DNA of 64,000 nucleotides from an uncultured Christensenella sp. (GTDB lineage Bacteria > Bacillota > Clostridia > Christensenellales > Aristaeellaceae), in contig CAYFUH010000004.1 in the NCBI GenBank assembly GCA_964346355.1, forward strand, positions 2,769-66,768, given 5' to 3'. The translations under genes and the position numbers were made by a program. This document shows positions 26,952 through 36,240 of the stretch, piece by piece; position 1 is the stretch's first letter, and each line of letters opens with the position of its first letter. A model generated the notes under the pieces. That model saw only the letters and a program-made list of their open reading frames with translations, was not told where the DNA came from and ran no database searches.

Positions 26952-26983
26952 CAACGACAGATATTTATAAAAAGGAGACCACC

Positions 26984-27961
26984 ATGGCAAAAATCATCGG
27001 AAAACCCCTGCCCAACATCCCCTGGGAGGACAAGCCCGCAGATTGCAAGACGCCGGTCTGGCGCTACAGCGGCAACCCCATCATCAAAAAGGATGCCATC
27101 CCCTCGTCCAACAGCATCTTCAACTCCGCAGCCGTTGCCTACAACGGCAAATTCGCCGGCGTCTTCCGCTGCGACAACAAAGCGGTGGAGATGAACATCC
27201 ACGCCGGGTTCAGCGATGACGGCATCAACTGGAACATCGACCATGAGCCCATCCAGTTCCAGGGCGACCCTTATATTACCAAGCTGCAGTACCGCTATGA
27301 CGCCCGTGTGTGCGAGGTGGAGGGCAAGTACTACGTGGTGTGGTGCAATGGATACCACGGCCCCACCATTGGCCTGGGGTATACGGAGGACTTTAAAACC
27401 TTTCACCAGCTGGAAAACTGCTTTTTGCCCTATAACAGAAACGGCGTGCTCTTCCCCCGGAAGGTGGGCGGCCATTACCTGATGCTGAGCCGGCCGTCTG
27501 ACACCGGGCACACCTCCTTTGGTGACATCTTCATCAGCCAAAGCAAGGACCTGGAATACTGGGGACGTCACCGCCATGTGTTTGGCACCGCCGGCGGCTG
27601 GCAATCCACCAAGGTGGGCGCGGGCCCGACCCCGATTGAGACGGATGAAGGCTGGCTGATGATTTACCATGGCGTCATCACCACCTGCAACGGCTATGTC
27701 TACCGCTTTGGCGCGGCGCTGCTGGATTTGGATGAGCCATGGAAGGTCATCACCCGCGGCGACTGGTACCTGCTGGGGCCGGAGACCTTGTACGAGTTAG
27801 CCGGCGACGTGCCGGGCGTCACCTTCCCCTGCGCTGCGCTGACGGACGCGGATACCGGCCGCATCGCCATTTACTATGGCTGCGCGGATACGGTGACCGG
27901 CCTTTGCTTTACCACAGTTGATGAGGTGCTTGATTACATCAAGGCCCACCCCATGAAATAA
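26984..27961 (+). CDS. GH130 beta-mannoside phosphorylase/hydrolase family protein
   Basis: 325 aa. [84 protein letters not shown]. As I recall, these motifs are typical of mannosylglucose/mannoside phosphorylases. Confidence 0.85.
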   Translation: MAKIIGKPLPNIPWEDKPADCKTPVWRYSGNPIIKKDAIPSSNSIFNSAAVAYNGKFAGVFRCDNKAVEMNIHAGFSDDGINWNIDHEPIQFQGDPYITKLQYRYDARVCEVEGKYYVVWCNGYHGPTIGLGYTEDFKTFHQLENCFLPYNRNGVLFPRKVGGHYLMLSRPSDTGHTSFGDIFISQSKDLEYWGRHRHVFGTAGGWQSTKVGAGPTPIETDEGWLMIYHGVITTCNGYVYRFGAALLDLDEPWKVITRGDWYLLGPETLYELAGDVPGVTFPCAALTDADTGRIAIYYGCADTVTGLCFTTVDEVLDYIKAHPMK

Positions 27962-28864
27962 ATGATCTTAATCGACGCGCACGCGGACACCCTGCACCGC
28001 ATGGCGACGGAGGCCGGCAGGGCTTATGACCTGAGCCTTGAGCGCCTGCAACAGGGCGGGGTGTCCCTGCAGGTGCTGGCCATGTATGTGGGCAGCGATC
28101 CTGACCCTGCTGTTGTCGCCGATTTATTTCACAGGATGTGGCAGGCGGCAGACCAGTTGAAGCAGGCGGGCTGGGTGCAAGCCCAGGACCCCATGGAGGC
28201 TGGCACCGACCAGCCCCGCTTCCTGCTGTCGGTGGAGGGCTGTGAAATTTTTGAGCCAGGCCTCCACGTCATTGACGACTACCGCAAACGGGGCGTGCGC
28301 ATGGCCGCCCTCACCTGGAACTATGTGAACAAGCTGGGCACCCCCGCCTGCCATAACCAAACAGACGGCCTGACAGACTACGGCTTAAAAGCCGCCAGAC
28401 ACATGCAGCATCTGGGCATGGCGGTGGACGTCTCCCACCTGAACATCCCGGGTTTTTACGACCTGCTGAACAAGACCGACGCGCCGCCCTTAGCCAGCCA
28501 TTCCTGCTGCCGGGCCTTGTGCGACCACACCCGGAACCTGACGGATCAGCAATTGAAGGACCTGTTTTCAGCCGGCGGCTATGTGGGCGTCAACTTCTAT
28601 CCGCAATTTTTAATTGAAGGCGGCAAAAACTGCACCATCAATACCCTGATTAACCACATTGACCACATGCACCAATTGGGCGGCGCGGGCAAGGTGGGTT
28701 TTGGCAGTGATTTTGACGGCATTTCAGAAAAGCCGGAAGGCCTTGATAATCCCGCTGACTTCCCCCAACTGATTGACGGCTTACGGCGGCGCGGGTACAC
28801 CCAGGCGGATGTGGAAGCCATCGCCGGGCTTAACTTCCTGGCGTATTACGAGCGGATATCATAA
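27962..28864 (+). CDS. Membrane-dipeptidase family (M19) dipeptidase
   Basis: 300 aa. The ATG directly abuts the GH130 stop (TAAATG). MILIDAHADTL, AVDVSHL, GFGSDFDG. Confidence 0.88.
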   Translation: MILIDAHADTLHRMATEAGRAYDLSLERLQQGGVSLQVLAMYVGSDPDPAVVADLFHRMWQAADQLKQAGWVQAQDPMEAGTDQPRFLLSVEGCEIFEPGLHVIDDYRKRGVRMAALTWNYVNKLGTPACHNQTDGLTDYGLKAARHMQHLGMAVDVSHLNIPGFYDLLNKTDAPPLASHSCCRALCDHTRNLTDQQLKDLFSAGGYVGVNFYPQFLIEGGKNCTINTLINHIDHMHQLGGAGKVGFGSDFDGISEKPEGLDNPADFPQLIDGLRRRGYTQADVEAIAGLNFLAYYERIS

Positions 28865-28876
28865 AATCATTCCATT

Positions 28877-28911
28877 AAAAAGGCGGCATTGATTCCAGGG
28901 CCGCTTTTTTG
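28877..28911. terminator. Bidirectional terminator
   Basis: AAAAAGGCGGC-loop-GCCGCTTTTTTG between convergent genes. Confidence 0.6.
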
Positions 28912-28925
28912 TATTTCTCTGCCGT

Positions 28926-29981
28926 TTATTCTGGCGACAGCAACGCGCGCGCGTGGGCCAGCGCGGCATTCATCGCGACGGGAATGGGCAGGGCGTCCAG
29001 TTGCGCAAGATCTGCCCAGATGCCGTGTTCAACAGGTTCACAGGCAGAGGTATGGGCCAGGTAGATTGTCATGTTCCACACCTGATGGGTGAAGATGTGG
29101 CGCGCGCTGCCCACAACCTGGATATCAAGGATGTCCTTTGCGTATTTCTTCGCGGCTTTCCGGGCCGCTTCCAGGCTGTCCTCCCCCTCGTTGAGCGCGA
29201 AAAGATACAAGCCCCCGAGCAAGGCTTTCTCCCGCCGCAACAGCAGCACCTTGCTGCCACACAGCAAAATCACCACGCTGACCGGCATCTGTTTGGGCGG
29301 CTTTTTGGCTTTCATGACGGGCAGGGCCGCAGGATCGGCGGATTGGTACGCTTCACATTCCGTCTGCAAGGGGCATCTGGCGCAGTCGGGTGTGCCGGGC
29401 AGGCAGATGGTCGCACCCAGGTCCATGAGCGCCTGGTTCATATCCCCTGCGCGGGCTTGCGGCATCAGCGACAAGCCCAGGGCATATAAATCCTTCTTAG
29501 CCTTGGCGGTACCGGTGTCCTGCTCATACAAAAACAGGCGGCTGATGACGCGGTACAGGTTGCCGTCCATGGCGGGGATGGGCTCATCATAGGCGATGGA
29601 AGCGATCGCAGCCGCGGCGTAAGGCCCCACTCCAGGCAGCGCTTGCAACTCCCTGGCGGTTTGGGGAAACACGCCGCCAAACTCCTGCACGACGATGGTT
29701 GCGGTTTTGTGTAAATTGCGTGCCCTGGTATAGTAGCCCAAGCCTTCCCAGGCCTTGAGCACCTGCTCAACCGGTGCGTTTGCCAGCGCATGCACCCCCG
29801 GAAACAGCTTCAAAAAGCGCTCATAATACGGCCCCACCGTTTCCGTGCGCGTCTGCTGCAGCATGATCTCGCTCAGCCAGATGCGGTAGGGATCCTTGGT
29901 GCCGCGGAAAGGAAAGACGCGCTGGTGCGCGTCATACCAGGCCAGCAGTTTGCGGGTGATGACCCTGGGTTTATCGCTCAC
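28926..29981 (-). CDS. mutY: A/G-specific adenine DNA glycosylase
   Basis: 351 aa, GTG start. LLAWYDAHQRVFPFR, WLSEIMLQQT, LPGVGPYAAAAI, 4Fe-4S Cys cluster CLPGTPDCARCPLQTEC, Nudix-like C-terminus. Confidence 0.92.
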   Translation of the reverse strand: MSDKPRVITRKLLAWYDAHQRVFPFRGTKDPYRIWLSEIMLQQTRTETVGPYYERFLKLFPGVHALANAPVEQVLKAWEGLGYYTRARNLHKTATIVVQEFGGVFPQTARELQALPGVGPYAAAAIASIAYDEPIPAMDGNLYRVISRLFLYEQDTGTAKAKKDLYALGLSLMPQARAGDMNQALMDLGATICLPGTPDCARCPLQTECEAYQSADPAALPVMKAKKPPKQMPVSVVILLCGSKVLLLRREKALLGGLYLFALNEGEDSLEAARKAAKKYAKDILDIQVVGSARHIFTHQVWNMTIYLAHTSACEPVEHGIWADLAQLDALPIPVAMNAALAHARALLSPE

Positions 29982-30375
29982 TTTTGGCCTTTTTTGTCAT
30001 TTGATGCAGCGTCTTGAAATGCTCATACTCATCCAGCAGCTCCGCCTGCAGCGCCATGGAGTTCCACTGGCTGTTCTTTTCTGTCAGCATGGCTTTAAGC
30101 GGTACCGGCGGCATGCCCCGCTCCCGGAAACCGTCCAGAAATTTGGGAAGCAAGCCTTTTTCAAAAAAGGCCATCAGCATCATCTCCCCCTCAAAACCGT
30201 CGCCGTGATAGGCCTCTGTCGTGGGTTCCGCCAGGCCGCACAGGGCACCAATCGTTTGCAAATACGCCTCCCTGGGCACCAGGAAGGCCTGTATATTGAG
30301 GCTTTCCGCCAGCGCGCGCACCTGGTTTGCGCGCTCGCCTTCCATGTTGTAACAAAGAACCATCGCTTGATTCAT
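29971..30375 (-). CDS. DUF3783-like small protein
   Basis: 134 aa. 11-nt overlap with mutY. The family call is from memory of the MVLCYNxxG...FLxxFR pattern. Confidence 0.6.
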   Translation of the reverse strand: MNQAMVLCYNMEGERANQVRALAESLNIQAFLVPREAYLQTIGALCGLAEPTTEAYHGDGFEGEMMLMAFFEKGLLPKFLDGFRERGMPPVPLKAMLTEKNSQWNSMALQAELLDEYEHFKTLHQMTKKAKSER

Positions 30376-30437
30376 GGGTTTGTTCCTTTCAGGTTTGTAG
30401 CCTACCTATCATACCACATATTCAGCGCTTGGATTGG

Positions 30438-30467
30438 TTGACATTTTCTGCATTCTGTGTTTATAAT
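30438..30467 (+). promoter_or_regulatory. Consensus sigma-A promoter of tRNA-Trp
   Basis: TTGACA (30438-30443), 18-nt spacer, TATAAT (30462-30467), 11 nt before the tRNA 5' end. Confidence 0.8.
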
Positions 30468-30478
30468 GTCAAAGCCAA

Positions 30479-30552
30479 AGGGGCATGGTGTAATGGTAAC
30501 ACGTGGGTCTCCAAAACCTTTGTTGAGGGTTCGAGTCCTTCTGCCCCTGCCA
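30479..30552 (+). tRNA. trnW: tRNA-Trp (anticodon CCA), CCA end encoded
   Basis: Cloverleaf folded by hand. Acceptor AGGGGCA/TGCCCCT, D-stem GTGT/ACAC, anticodon loop CTCCAAA, T-arm GAGGG-TTCGAGT-CCTTC, discriminator G plus CCA. Confidence 0.93.
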
Positions 30553-30559
30553 GCTTAAG

Positions 30560-30592
30560 CCCTTGAAATCATTGAGATTTCGAGGGTTTTTT
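30560..30592 (+). terminator. Rho-independent terminator of tRNA-Trp
   Basis: CCCTTGAAATC-ATTGA-GATTTCGAGGG (11 bp including one G-U) followed by TTTTTT. Confidence 0.85.
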
Positions 30593-30733
30593 ATAGCGTT
30601 TTGCTTTGCCTTCGCAGCCCGGGACGAAGGCGTATTGATAGGCGCTGAAGTCCACATGGTGAAACCGCGGGCTGCCTCGCCGATGAGCAGGTAAGATGCG
30701 TTTTGTCATGGTAAATTTTCCTTCCAAAAGCCA

Positions 30734-31873
30734 TCAGCCGTGGTTATCTACATCCAGTTTCTCGACCTTGATTTCCATCTCCGGCAAGGTATCAAACGGC
30801 GCTACCCATGAATTGGGGCCAAAGCTGTAAAACGCGAAAGGCCGGCTGTCGATATAGCGCACCATGCGGCATCCTTCTGCCTGCCTGGCGCTAAAGGACT
30901 GGATATGACCAATCTCATCGGTATCCATGCGGAATACGAAGCCGCTGCTGTCTGACTCCGCCTGTTTGCCCATCCCCCAGACGGTATAGCCGCCGTCTTT
31001 CCGCTGAGAAATCAACTGGGGTTTGATACTCAGTGCGTCCGCCGCGTAATGCCAGTCTTCCGCAGCTTCCGCCAAGGGCGCGTAGACGTGAATGGCGAAG
31101 GTGTTGAAAGGCTTGTCCCCGGAATTGTCTTTTACAAGAGCGGTCAGGCCGCCCAGGTGGTTGAAGGCGGCGTCCGGCTCAAACCCATGAAGCAGATTGC
31201 GCTCATACAGGTAGGCGGAACGAAGCGTTTCGGTGCCGTTTTCATCCAGATAGACCAATGCCTGATCGGCCATACGCTGGGTGAAGTCCTCGTTATCACT
31301 GGCCTTGCCCCAGATGAGCAGCATATGCCCCTTCCCCTTAAGCCAGGCCCACATCACCGCCGAATTGGGACGGATGACGTCAAAAGTTACCGGCTGCGCC
31401 TGGCCATTCAGGTCGATTTCAAACATCTGGTGCTCTTTTTCTCCCTGCAGGGTGCCATATATCCTGTCCCCCGCGACCAGCAGGGGCACCATCTCATCCG
31501 GCAGCAGCTGGGAACGGAGATGTTGGCCTTTTTGACTGATGATTTCCAGATAGCGCTTGCCGTCCGCCCAGGTGTTGACCAGGGCAAAGCTGCCGTTTGT
31601 CAACTGATGCGGACCCCCCCAGTACTGCTTCCCAGCCGGGATGGCACAGGACCACAACAGTTTGCCCTCCCGATTCACGCAGCGCACCTCATCCTGAGGA
31701 AGGGTGATGTCCTTCTTGCTGGGCACGTACACCACCCGGCCATCCGGCAAAAACAGGGCGGTGAACACCTGGCCATCAAACACAAGGGCATCCCCGCCTG
31801 GCGCCTCCTCCACAAGACCCGTCAGGGGTACTGTGAGCATGAACGCCAACGCGATGATGAGTAGTTTTTTCAT
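30734..31873 (-). CDS. Secreted protein of unknown function (379 aa)
   Basis: ORF 30734..32086 trimmed to ATG 31873 (GGAGAG RBS). Signal peptide MKKLLIIALAFMLTVPLTGLV. No recognisable motif. Confidence 0.7.
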   Translation of the reverse strand: MKKLLIIALAFMLTVPLTGLVEEAPGGDALVFDGQVFTALFLPDGRVVYVPSKKDITLPQDEVRCVNREGKLLWSCAIPAGKQYWGGPHQLTNGSFALVNTWADGKRYLEIISQKGQHLRSQLLPDEMVPLLVAGDRIYGTLQGEKEHQMFEIDLNGQAQPVTFDVIRPNSAVMWAWLKGKGHMLLIWGKASDNEDFTQRMADQALVYLDENGTETLRSAYLYERNLLHGFEPDAAFNHLGGLTALVKDNSGDKPFNTFAIHVYAPLAEAAEDWHYAADALSIKPQLISQRKDGGYTVWGMGKQAESDSSGFVFRMDTDEIGHIQSFSARQAEGCRMVRYIDSRPFAFYSFGPNSWVAPFDTLPEMEIKVEKLDVDNHG

Positions 31874-32027
31874 GATGCACTCTCCTGTCAAAGGTTTTGA
31901 ACATTGTGTATTCAGGAATAGAACGCGCCCGGGGTTCGTTTTCCTGCATATTTGGCAGCCTAAAACATTGACATCAAAACACCACTTTAGTACCCTGATG
32001 CCCGAGTTTGTTTTGGGAGGACACGGG

Positions 32028-32666
32028 ATGAAGCGGAAATTGGCACTGTTTGACTTTGATGACACCATGATCAAGGGGGACAGCATCTCTACTTTGGTGC
32101 GTCAATTTGTCAAACAGGGGCATATGTCCCTCCCCTACCTGATGAAAACATTGTGGGCTACCCTGCAGTGGAAAATGGGGAAGGTGCCGGTGGAAGTGGC
32201 CAAGTCCATGTCGCTCTCTCCGCTCAATAAAATGGGTCAGGAGCAGGTTGAGCAGTACTGCAGGGCATTTGTCAAAGACCACCTGGTGCCCAACCTGTAC
32301 CAGGACGCGGTGGATAAAATGATAGCACATCATGAAGCGGGTGACCTGGTGCTGCTGGTCTCCGCTTCCCCGAATGTGTACTTGCAGCACCTGAAGAGCG
32401 CGCTGCCTGTTGATGACATCCTCGCTACGCAGAGCAACCAGGCGCATTTGGTCACCCTGAATGTTGTGCGGGAGGAAAAGAACCGCCAGATTATGGCGTG
32501 GCTCAATGCGCGCGGGATTGAAGCGGACTGGGAAGCATCCAGCGCGTATGGCGACAGCGCCAACGACCTGCCGATGCTTGGCATGGTGGGCAAGCCCCAC
32601 CTGGTGAACCCTAAACCCAGGACGCGGGAGTTGGGCAAGGACATTCCCGTCCTTCATTGGAAATAA
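32028..32666 (+). CDS. HAD-IB family hydrolase (phosphoserine-phosphatase-like)
   Basis: ORF 31704.. trimmed to ATG 32028 (GGGAGG RBS). LFDFDDTMIKGDS (motif I), LLVSASP (motif II), YGDSANDLPML (motif IV). Confidence 0.85.
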   Translation: MKRKLALFDFDDTMIKGDSISTLVRQFVKQGHMSLPYLMKTLWATLQWKMGKVPVEVAKSMSLSPLNKMGQEQVEQYCRAFVKDHLVPNLYQDAVDKMIAHHEAGDLVLLVSASPNVYLQHLKSALPVDDILATQSNQAHLVTLNVVREEKNRQIMAWLNARGIEADWEASSAYGDSANDLPMLGMVGKPHLVNPKPRTRELGKDIPVLHWK

Positions 32667-32687
32667 TCCAGAGGATATTAAGGCATT

Positions 32688-32715
32688 AAAAAAAGTGGCC
32701 GAAGCCACTTTTTAT
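32688..32715. terminator. Bidirectional terminator
   Basis: AAAAAAAGTGGC-CGAA-GCCACTTTTTATTT between the convergent HAD gene and rplS. Confidence 0.8.
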
Positions 32716-32732
32716 TTGCGATGGATGAGCGC

Positions 32733-33083
32733 TTAGCGCTGGGACGCGTCCTTGATCTTGGCAGCCTTGCCCTGACGAGAGCGCAGGTAGTACAGCTTGG
32801 CGCGGCGGACTTTGCCCGGGCGGACCAATTCAATGCGGTCAACACGCGGGGAGTGCAGCGGGAAGGTACGTTCCACACCGATGCCATAGGACATGCGGCG
32901 CACGGTAAAGGTTTCACGGTTAAAGCCATTGCGCTTGGCGATGACGGTGCCTTCAAAGGCCTGCAGGCGCTCACGGCTGCCCTCAACGACCTTTACGAAC
33001 ACGCGGACTGTGTCACCGATGCCAAAGTCGATGCGGTCATCGCGCATCTGCTGCTTCTCAAGGGAACGGATAATCTCACTCAT
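32733..33083 (-). CDS. rplS: 50S ribosomal protein L19
   Basis: 116 aa. [35 protein letters not shown]...FTVRR...[21 protein letters not shown]. Confidence 0.95.
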   Translation of the reverse strand: MSEIIRSLEKQQMRDDRIDFGIGDTVRVFVKVVEGSRERLQAFEGTVIAKRNGFNRETFTVRRMSYGIGVERTFPLHSPRVDRIELVRPGKVRRAKLYYLRSRQGKAAKIKDASQR

Positions 33084-33260
33084 GGGGTTTCCTCCTTACC
33101 TTACAGACGTTCATGCATCGGCCTGGATACAGCGGACCGTCCAATGTCACGGCGACAATCATACCACAGTTGTTATGCGGAATGCAAACATTATTTTTCC
33201 TTATCATGTGTTATGGCCGGTTTTGAGGTATCAACGCTGTCTTTGCTTAAACATATAGCA

Positions 33261-33289
33261 GAAAACCGCCTCGTTTGAAGCGGTTTTCT
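33261..33289 (-). terminator. Terminator hairpin after the nfeD-floA operon
   Basis: GAAAACCGC-loop-GCGGTTTTC (9 bp), 20 nt downstream of the stop at 33309 on the minus strand. Confidence 0.6.
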
Positions 33290-33308
33290 GGCGGTTTGAA
33301 ACCTGCCC

Positions 33309-33794
33309 TCAGGCACCCCCGCGCGCCTGGTAGTACGGTTTACGCGCAGAGGGCGGGCGGGTTAGGATCTCCTTGGTGATAACAGCCTGTACCAGGGAAG
33401 CGCCGGACAAAACAGGCATCACACCGGGTTTTTTAGGCGCCATTTGCGGATGCGCTTTTTGAGCCCGGCTGACCGCCTGCAAATCAGCTTCCTTGCGGCG
33501 CTTTTCCATCTTCTCGTTGAAGGCGGGCGTATCCGCCATGTGCTTTTGTCCTTCCTCGGAGCGATCTATCTGCGTACGCGGCGCAGGCTTTTCTTCCTCC
33601 TTGCGCAGCAGCGGGTGTTGGTAGGGGGCAGCCTCAAAAAAGCCGGCTGGCTGCGGGGACGCCGCCTGCCGCTGTTGGTTCAGGCTGTTGCGGATGCGGC
33701 TTTCCGCCTGGAATTGGCGGATGATGCGCCTGAAAATGGCGCTGACCAAAAACAGCACAAACAGCAAACCCAAGCTGAAATTAGGCATACTCAC
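33309..33794 (-). CDS. N-terminally anchored, low-complexity protein of unknown function (161 aa)
   Basis: TM helix FSLGLLFVLFLVSAIF followed by a charged, Pro/Gln-rich sequence. GGAGGGTGAG RBS. 27 nt downstream of floA. Confidence 0.6.
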   Translation of the reverse strand: MSMPNFSLGLLFVLFLVSAIFRRIIRQFQAESRIRNSLNQQRQAASPQPAGFFEAAPYQHPLLRKEEEKPAPRTQIDRSEEGQKHMADTPAFNEKMEKRRKEADLQAVSRAQKAHPQMAPKKPGVMPVLSGASLVQAVITKEILTRPPSARKPYYQARGGA

Positions 33795-33821
33795 CCTCCT
33801 TTCCCTGTAAGTAGCGGCGCA

Positions 33822-34811
33822 TTACTGGCCTTGGGGCGGCGTCTCGCGCGGGTCCGCTGCCTTGCTGATGCCGTCGCGCATTTGCGTATCGGCCATGATG
33901 TTTTGCATTTGGTAATAGTCCATCACACCCAGTTTGCCGGTGCGCAGGGCTTCCGCCATGGCCAGGGGCACTTCGGCCTCCGCCTGGACCACCTTGGCGC
34001 GCATCTCCTGGACTTCGGCTTTCATTTCCTGCTCACGCGCGACAGCCATTGCCCTGCGCTCTTCCGCGCGGGCCTGGGCGATGCGGCGATCGGCCTCGGC
34101 CTGATCCATCTGCAATTGGGCGCCGATGTTACGGCCTACGTCCACATCGGCGATGTCAATGGACAAAATCTCAAACGCGGTCCCGGCGTCCAGGCCCTTG
34201 TTGAGCACAGTACGGCTGATGAGATCCGGGTTTTCCAGCACTTCTTTATGGGTGGGAGAGGAACCGATGGTGGTGACAATGCCTTCACCGACACGGGCCA
34301 TGACCGTCTCCTCACCGGCGCCGCCGACCAATTGCTGGATGCTGGTGCGCACGGTGACGCGCGCCTTGGCGCGCAGCTCGATGCCGTCCTTGGCGATGGC
34401 TGCGACGGGCGGGGATTCAATCACCTTGGGGATAACGCTCATCTGGACGGCTTCCAGCACATCACGGCCGGCCAGGTCAATGGCGCAGGTTTGCTCGAAG
34501 GTGAGCTTGATGGCAGCCTGCTGCGCGGATATCAGGGCTTTGACCACGCGCTCGATGTTGCCGCCAGCCAGGAAGTGCTTTTCCAGTTGGTTGACGGTAA
34601 GGTTCAAGCCCGCTTTGCTGGCGGTGATCAGGGAATCAACCAGCCGCTGCGGGGAGATGCGGCGCAGGCGCATACCAATTAAAGTGAAGATGGTCAGCGG
34701 GACGCCTGAGGCGCGGGCCCTGATCCACAGCCCGATGGGCACATAGCGGAAGAAGACCACAAACAGCAAAATAACAGCAACGACAACAATCCCGAGCAGA
34801 ATCTCCGGCAT
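33822..34811 (-). CDS. floA: Flotillin-like protein FloA (UPF0365/YqfA family)
   Basis: ORF 33822..34847 trimmed to ATG 34811 (GGAGGTG RBS). [17 protein letters not shown]..., [18 protein letters not shown], and an Ala/Glu-rich flotillin-type C-terminus. Confidence 0.9.
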   Translation of the reverse strand: MPEILLGIVVVAVILLFVVFFRYVPIGLWIRARASGVPLTIFTLIGMRLRRISPQRLVDSLITASKAGLNLTVNQLEKHFLAGGNIERVVKALISAQQAAIKLTFEQTCAIDLAGRDVLEAVQMSVIPKVIESPPVAAIAKDGIELRAKARVTVRTSIQQLVGGAGEETVMARVGEGIVTTIGSSPTHKEVLENPDLISRTVLNKGLDAGTAFEILSIDIADVDVGRNIGAQLQMDQAEADRRIAQARAEERRAMAVAREQEMKAEVQEMRAKVVQAEAEVPLAMAEALRTGKLGVMDYYQMQNIMADTQMRDGISKAADPRETPPQGQ

Positions 34812-34839
34812 ACCAGCACCTCCTAAAAAATTGAGTTCA

Positions 34840-35352
34840 TCAAACATCGGCCTTTACCTCTTCCACTAAAATCCGGGCGCCTTCGACCGCCGTAATGACC
34901 ACCTGGGCGCCTTTGGCGATGAAATCGCCTTCGCTTACAACGTTGAGCCGCTCACCGTCCACCTCGGCGATGCCCGCGGGGCGCAGTACCGTGATGGTCT
35001 GGCCGGTTTTACCGACATAGCCATCGTATTCATCGGTGGATACAAAGCCGTCCTTGCGGGTCTGCCCGCCCTTGAGCACCAGGGGCGACTTGGACAGGCG
35101 TCCCTTTGAGGCTGAGCGCATCGAGATGGTCAGCGCGATGCCGGTGAGGACCAATTCGCCCGCGGCCAGGCTCAACCCTGCGATTAAGCCATGCCGGATC
35201 CAGGTGAAATACACACTGGCTGCCAACAGGGCGAAGCCGGCAATCCCCGGCACGCCAAAGCCCGGCATGAACACTTCTACAACAATCAAGCCCGTACCGA
35301 CAAGGACACAGATGATGATTGCCAGGTTCTCTACAATGAATTCCATACTCAT
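34840..35352 (-). CDS. NfeD family membrane protein
   Basis: 170 aa. Three N-terminal TM segments and a C-terminal OB-like domain ([29 protein letters not shown]). Classic partner gene of floA. Confidence 0.88.
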   Translation of the reverse strand: MSMEFIVENLAIIICVLVGTGLIVVEVFMPGFGVPGIAGFALLAASVYFTWIRHGLIAGLSLAAGELVLTGIALTISMRSASKGRLSKSPLVLKGGQTRKDGFVSTDEYDGYVGKTGQTITVLRPAGIAEVDGERLNVVSEGDFIAKGAQVVITAVEGARILVEEVKADV

Positions 35353-35455
35353 CCCTCCTTACTGTAATTCTACCCGAAAACGGTTAATTTTACCCATTTG
35401 CAGCCTTGCATATCGCTTGCTTTTACAAGCTTGTTGGGCGGTTTTTGCCCCAGTG

Positions 35456-36025
35456 CTACGCCCCCTTGGCAGGCAATTCTGCCAGCTTGTCCCGGACAGC
35501 CTGTAAATCCTTCCAGGCATCCCGCTTTTTGGCAGGATCCCGCAAGAGGGCTGAGGGATGGAAGGTGGGCAGGATGAACACGCCTTTTGATTCCGTCCAC
35601 TGCCCGCGGCAGCGGGTGATGCGCATCTGCTGCCCCAGCACTACCCGCAGCGCGCTCGCGCCCAGCAGGAGAATCACCTGCGGACGGATCAGGCGTGTCT
35701 GCTCCCTCAAAAAGGGCAGGCAGGTGGCGACTTCCTCCGGCAGGGGCGCGCGGTTGCCGGGCGGGCGGCATTTGACCACGTTGGCGATGAAAACATCCTC
35801 CCGCGCAAGATCGATGGCCGCCAGCATCCTGGTGAGCAATTGCCCCGCCTTCCCCACAAAAGCAAGGCCGGAGGCATCCTCATCCGCCCCCGGCCCCTCG
35901 CCAATGAGCATTAAGCGGGCATTCCGGTTGCCCTGGCCTGGCACCTTGTTGGTAATGCCCTGTGCAAGCGCGCAGCGCGCACAGGCCTCTATCTGTGTAT
36001 TGAGTTGCTCCCAGCGTTCGTCCAT
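35456..36025 (-). CDS. Family 4 uracil-DNA glycosylase
   Basis: ORF 35456..36298 trimmed to ATG 36025. CARCAL...LMLIGEGPGADED...GLAFVGKAGQLL...ANVVKCRPPGNR...FHPSALLR. Confidence 0.9.
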   Translation of the reverse strand: MDERWEQLNTQIEACARCALAQGITNKVPGQGNRNARLMLIGEGPGADEDASGLAFVGKAGQLLTRMLAAIDLAREDVFIANVVKCRPPGNRAPLPEEVATCLPFLREQTRLIRPQVILLLGASALRVVLGQQMRITRCRGQWTESKGVFILPTFHPSALLRDPAKKRDAWKDLQAVRDKLAELPAKGA

Positions 36026-36240
36026 CAGGAAAAACGGGTGTTGATGAAGGTAAAAGTGTTGCTGATGTCGCGCCTGAGCCAGTTGACCAGGCTGAAAATG
36101 AGCAGCAGCATCAGGAGGATCACAACGACGCCCAGGATGACGCCTACAAAGTCCGTCATGCCCGCGGCGAAGCGGTAGCGGTCCTGCTTCGCGGCGCGCT
36201 CCTCTTCCTTTAGGGTGAAATAATCCTGATGATCCATCAT
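36025..36240 (-). CDS. Small single-TM protein (about 70 aa), unknown function
   Basis: GGAGGG upstream of tandem ATGs (36240/36237). TM helix FVGVILGVVVILLMLLLIFSLV. Its stop overlaps the UDG start (TGATG). Confidence 0.5.
   Translation of the reverse strand: MMDHQDYFTLKEEERAAKQDRYRFAAGMTDFVGVILGVVVILLMLLLIFSLVNWLRRDISNTFTFINTRFS

Noticed and set aside
30376-30733. Genomic island or prophage integration at tRNA-Trp
   Set aside because: There is no integrase, excisionase or phage gene on either side. I could find no direct repeat of the tRNA 3' end, and the flanking genes (mutY, HAD, rplS) are core genes.
33444-34682. 412-aa plus-strand ORF
   Set aside because: It is antisense to floA and the 161-aa gene. 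It has the same Arg/Gly/Ala/Leu-rich artefact composition and no RBS, whereas FloA on the other strand has unmistakable family motifs.
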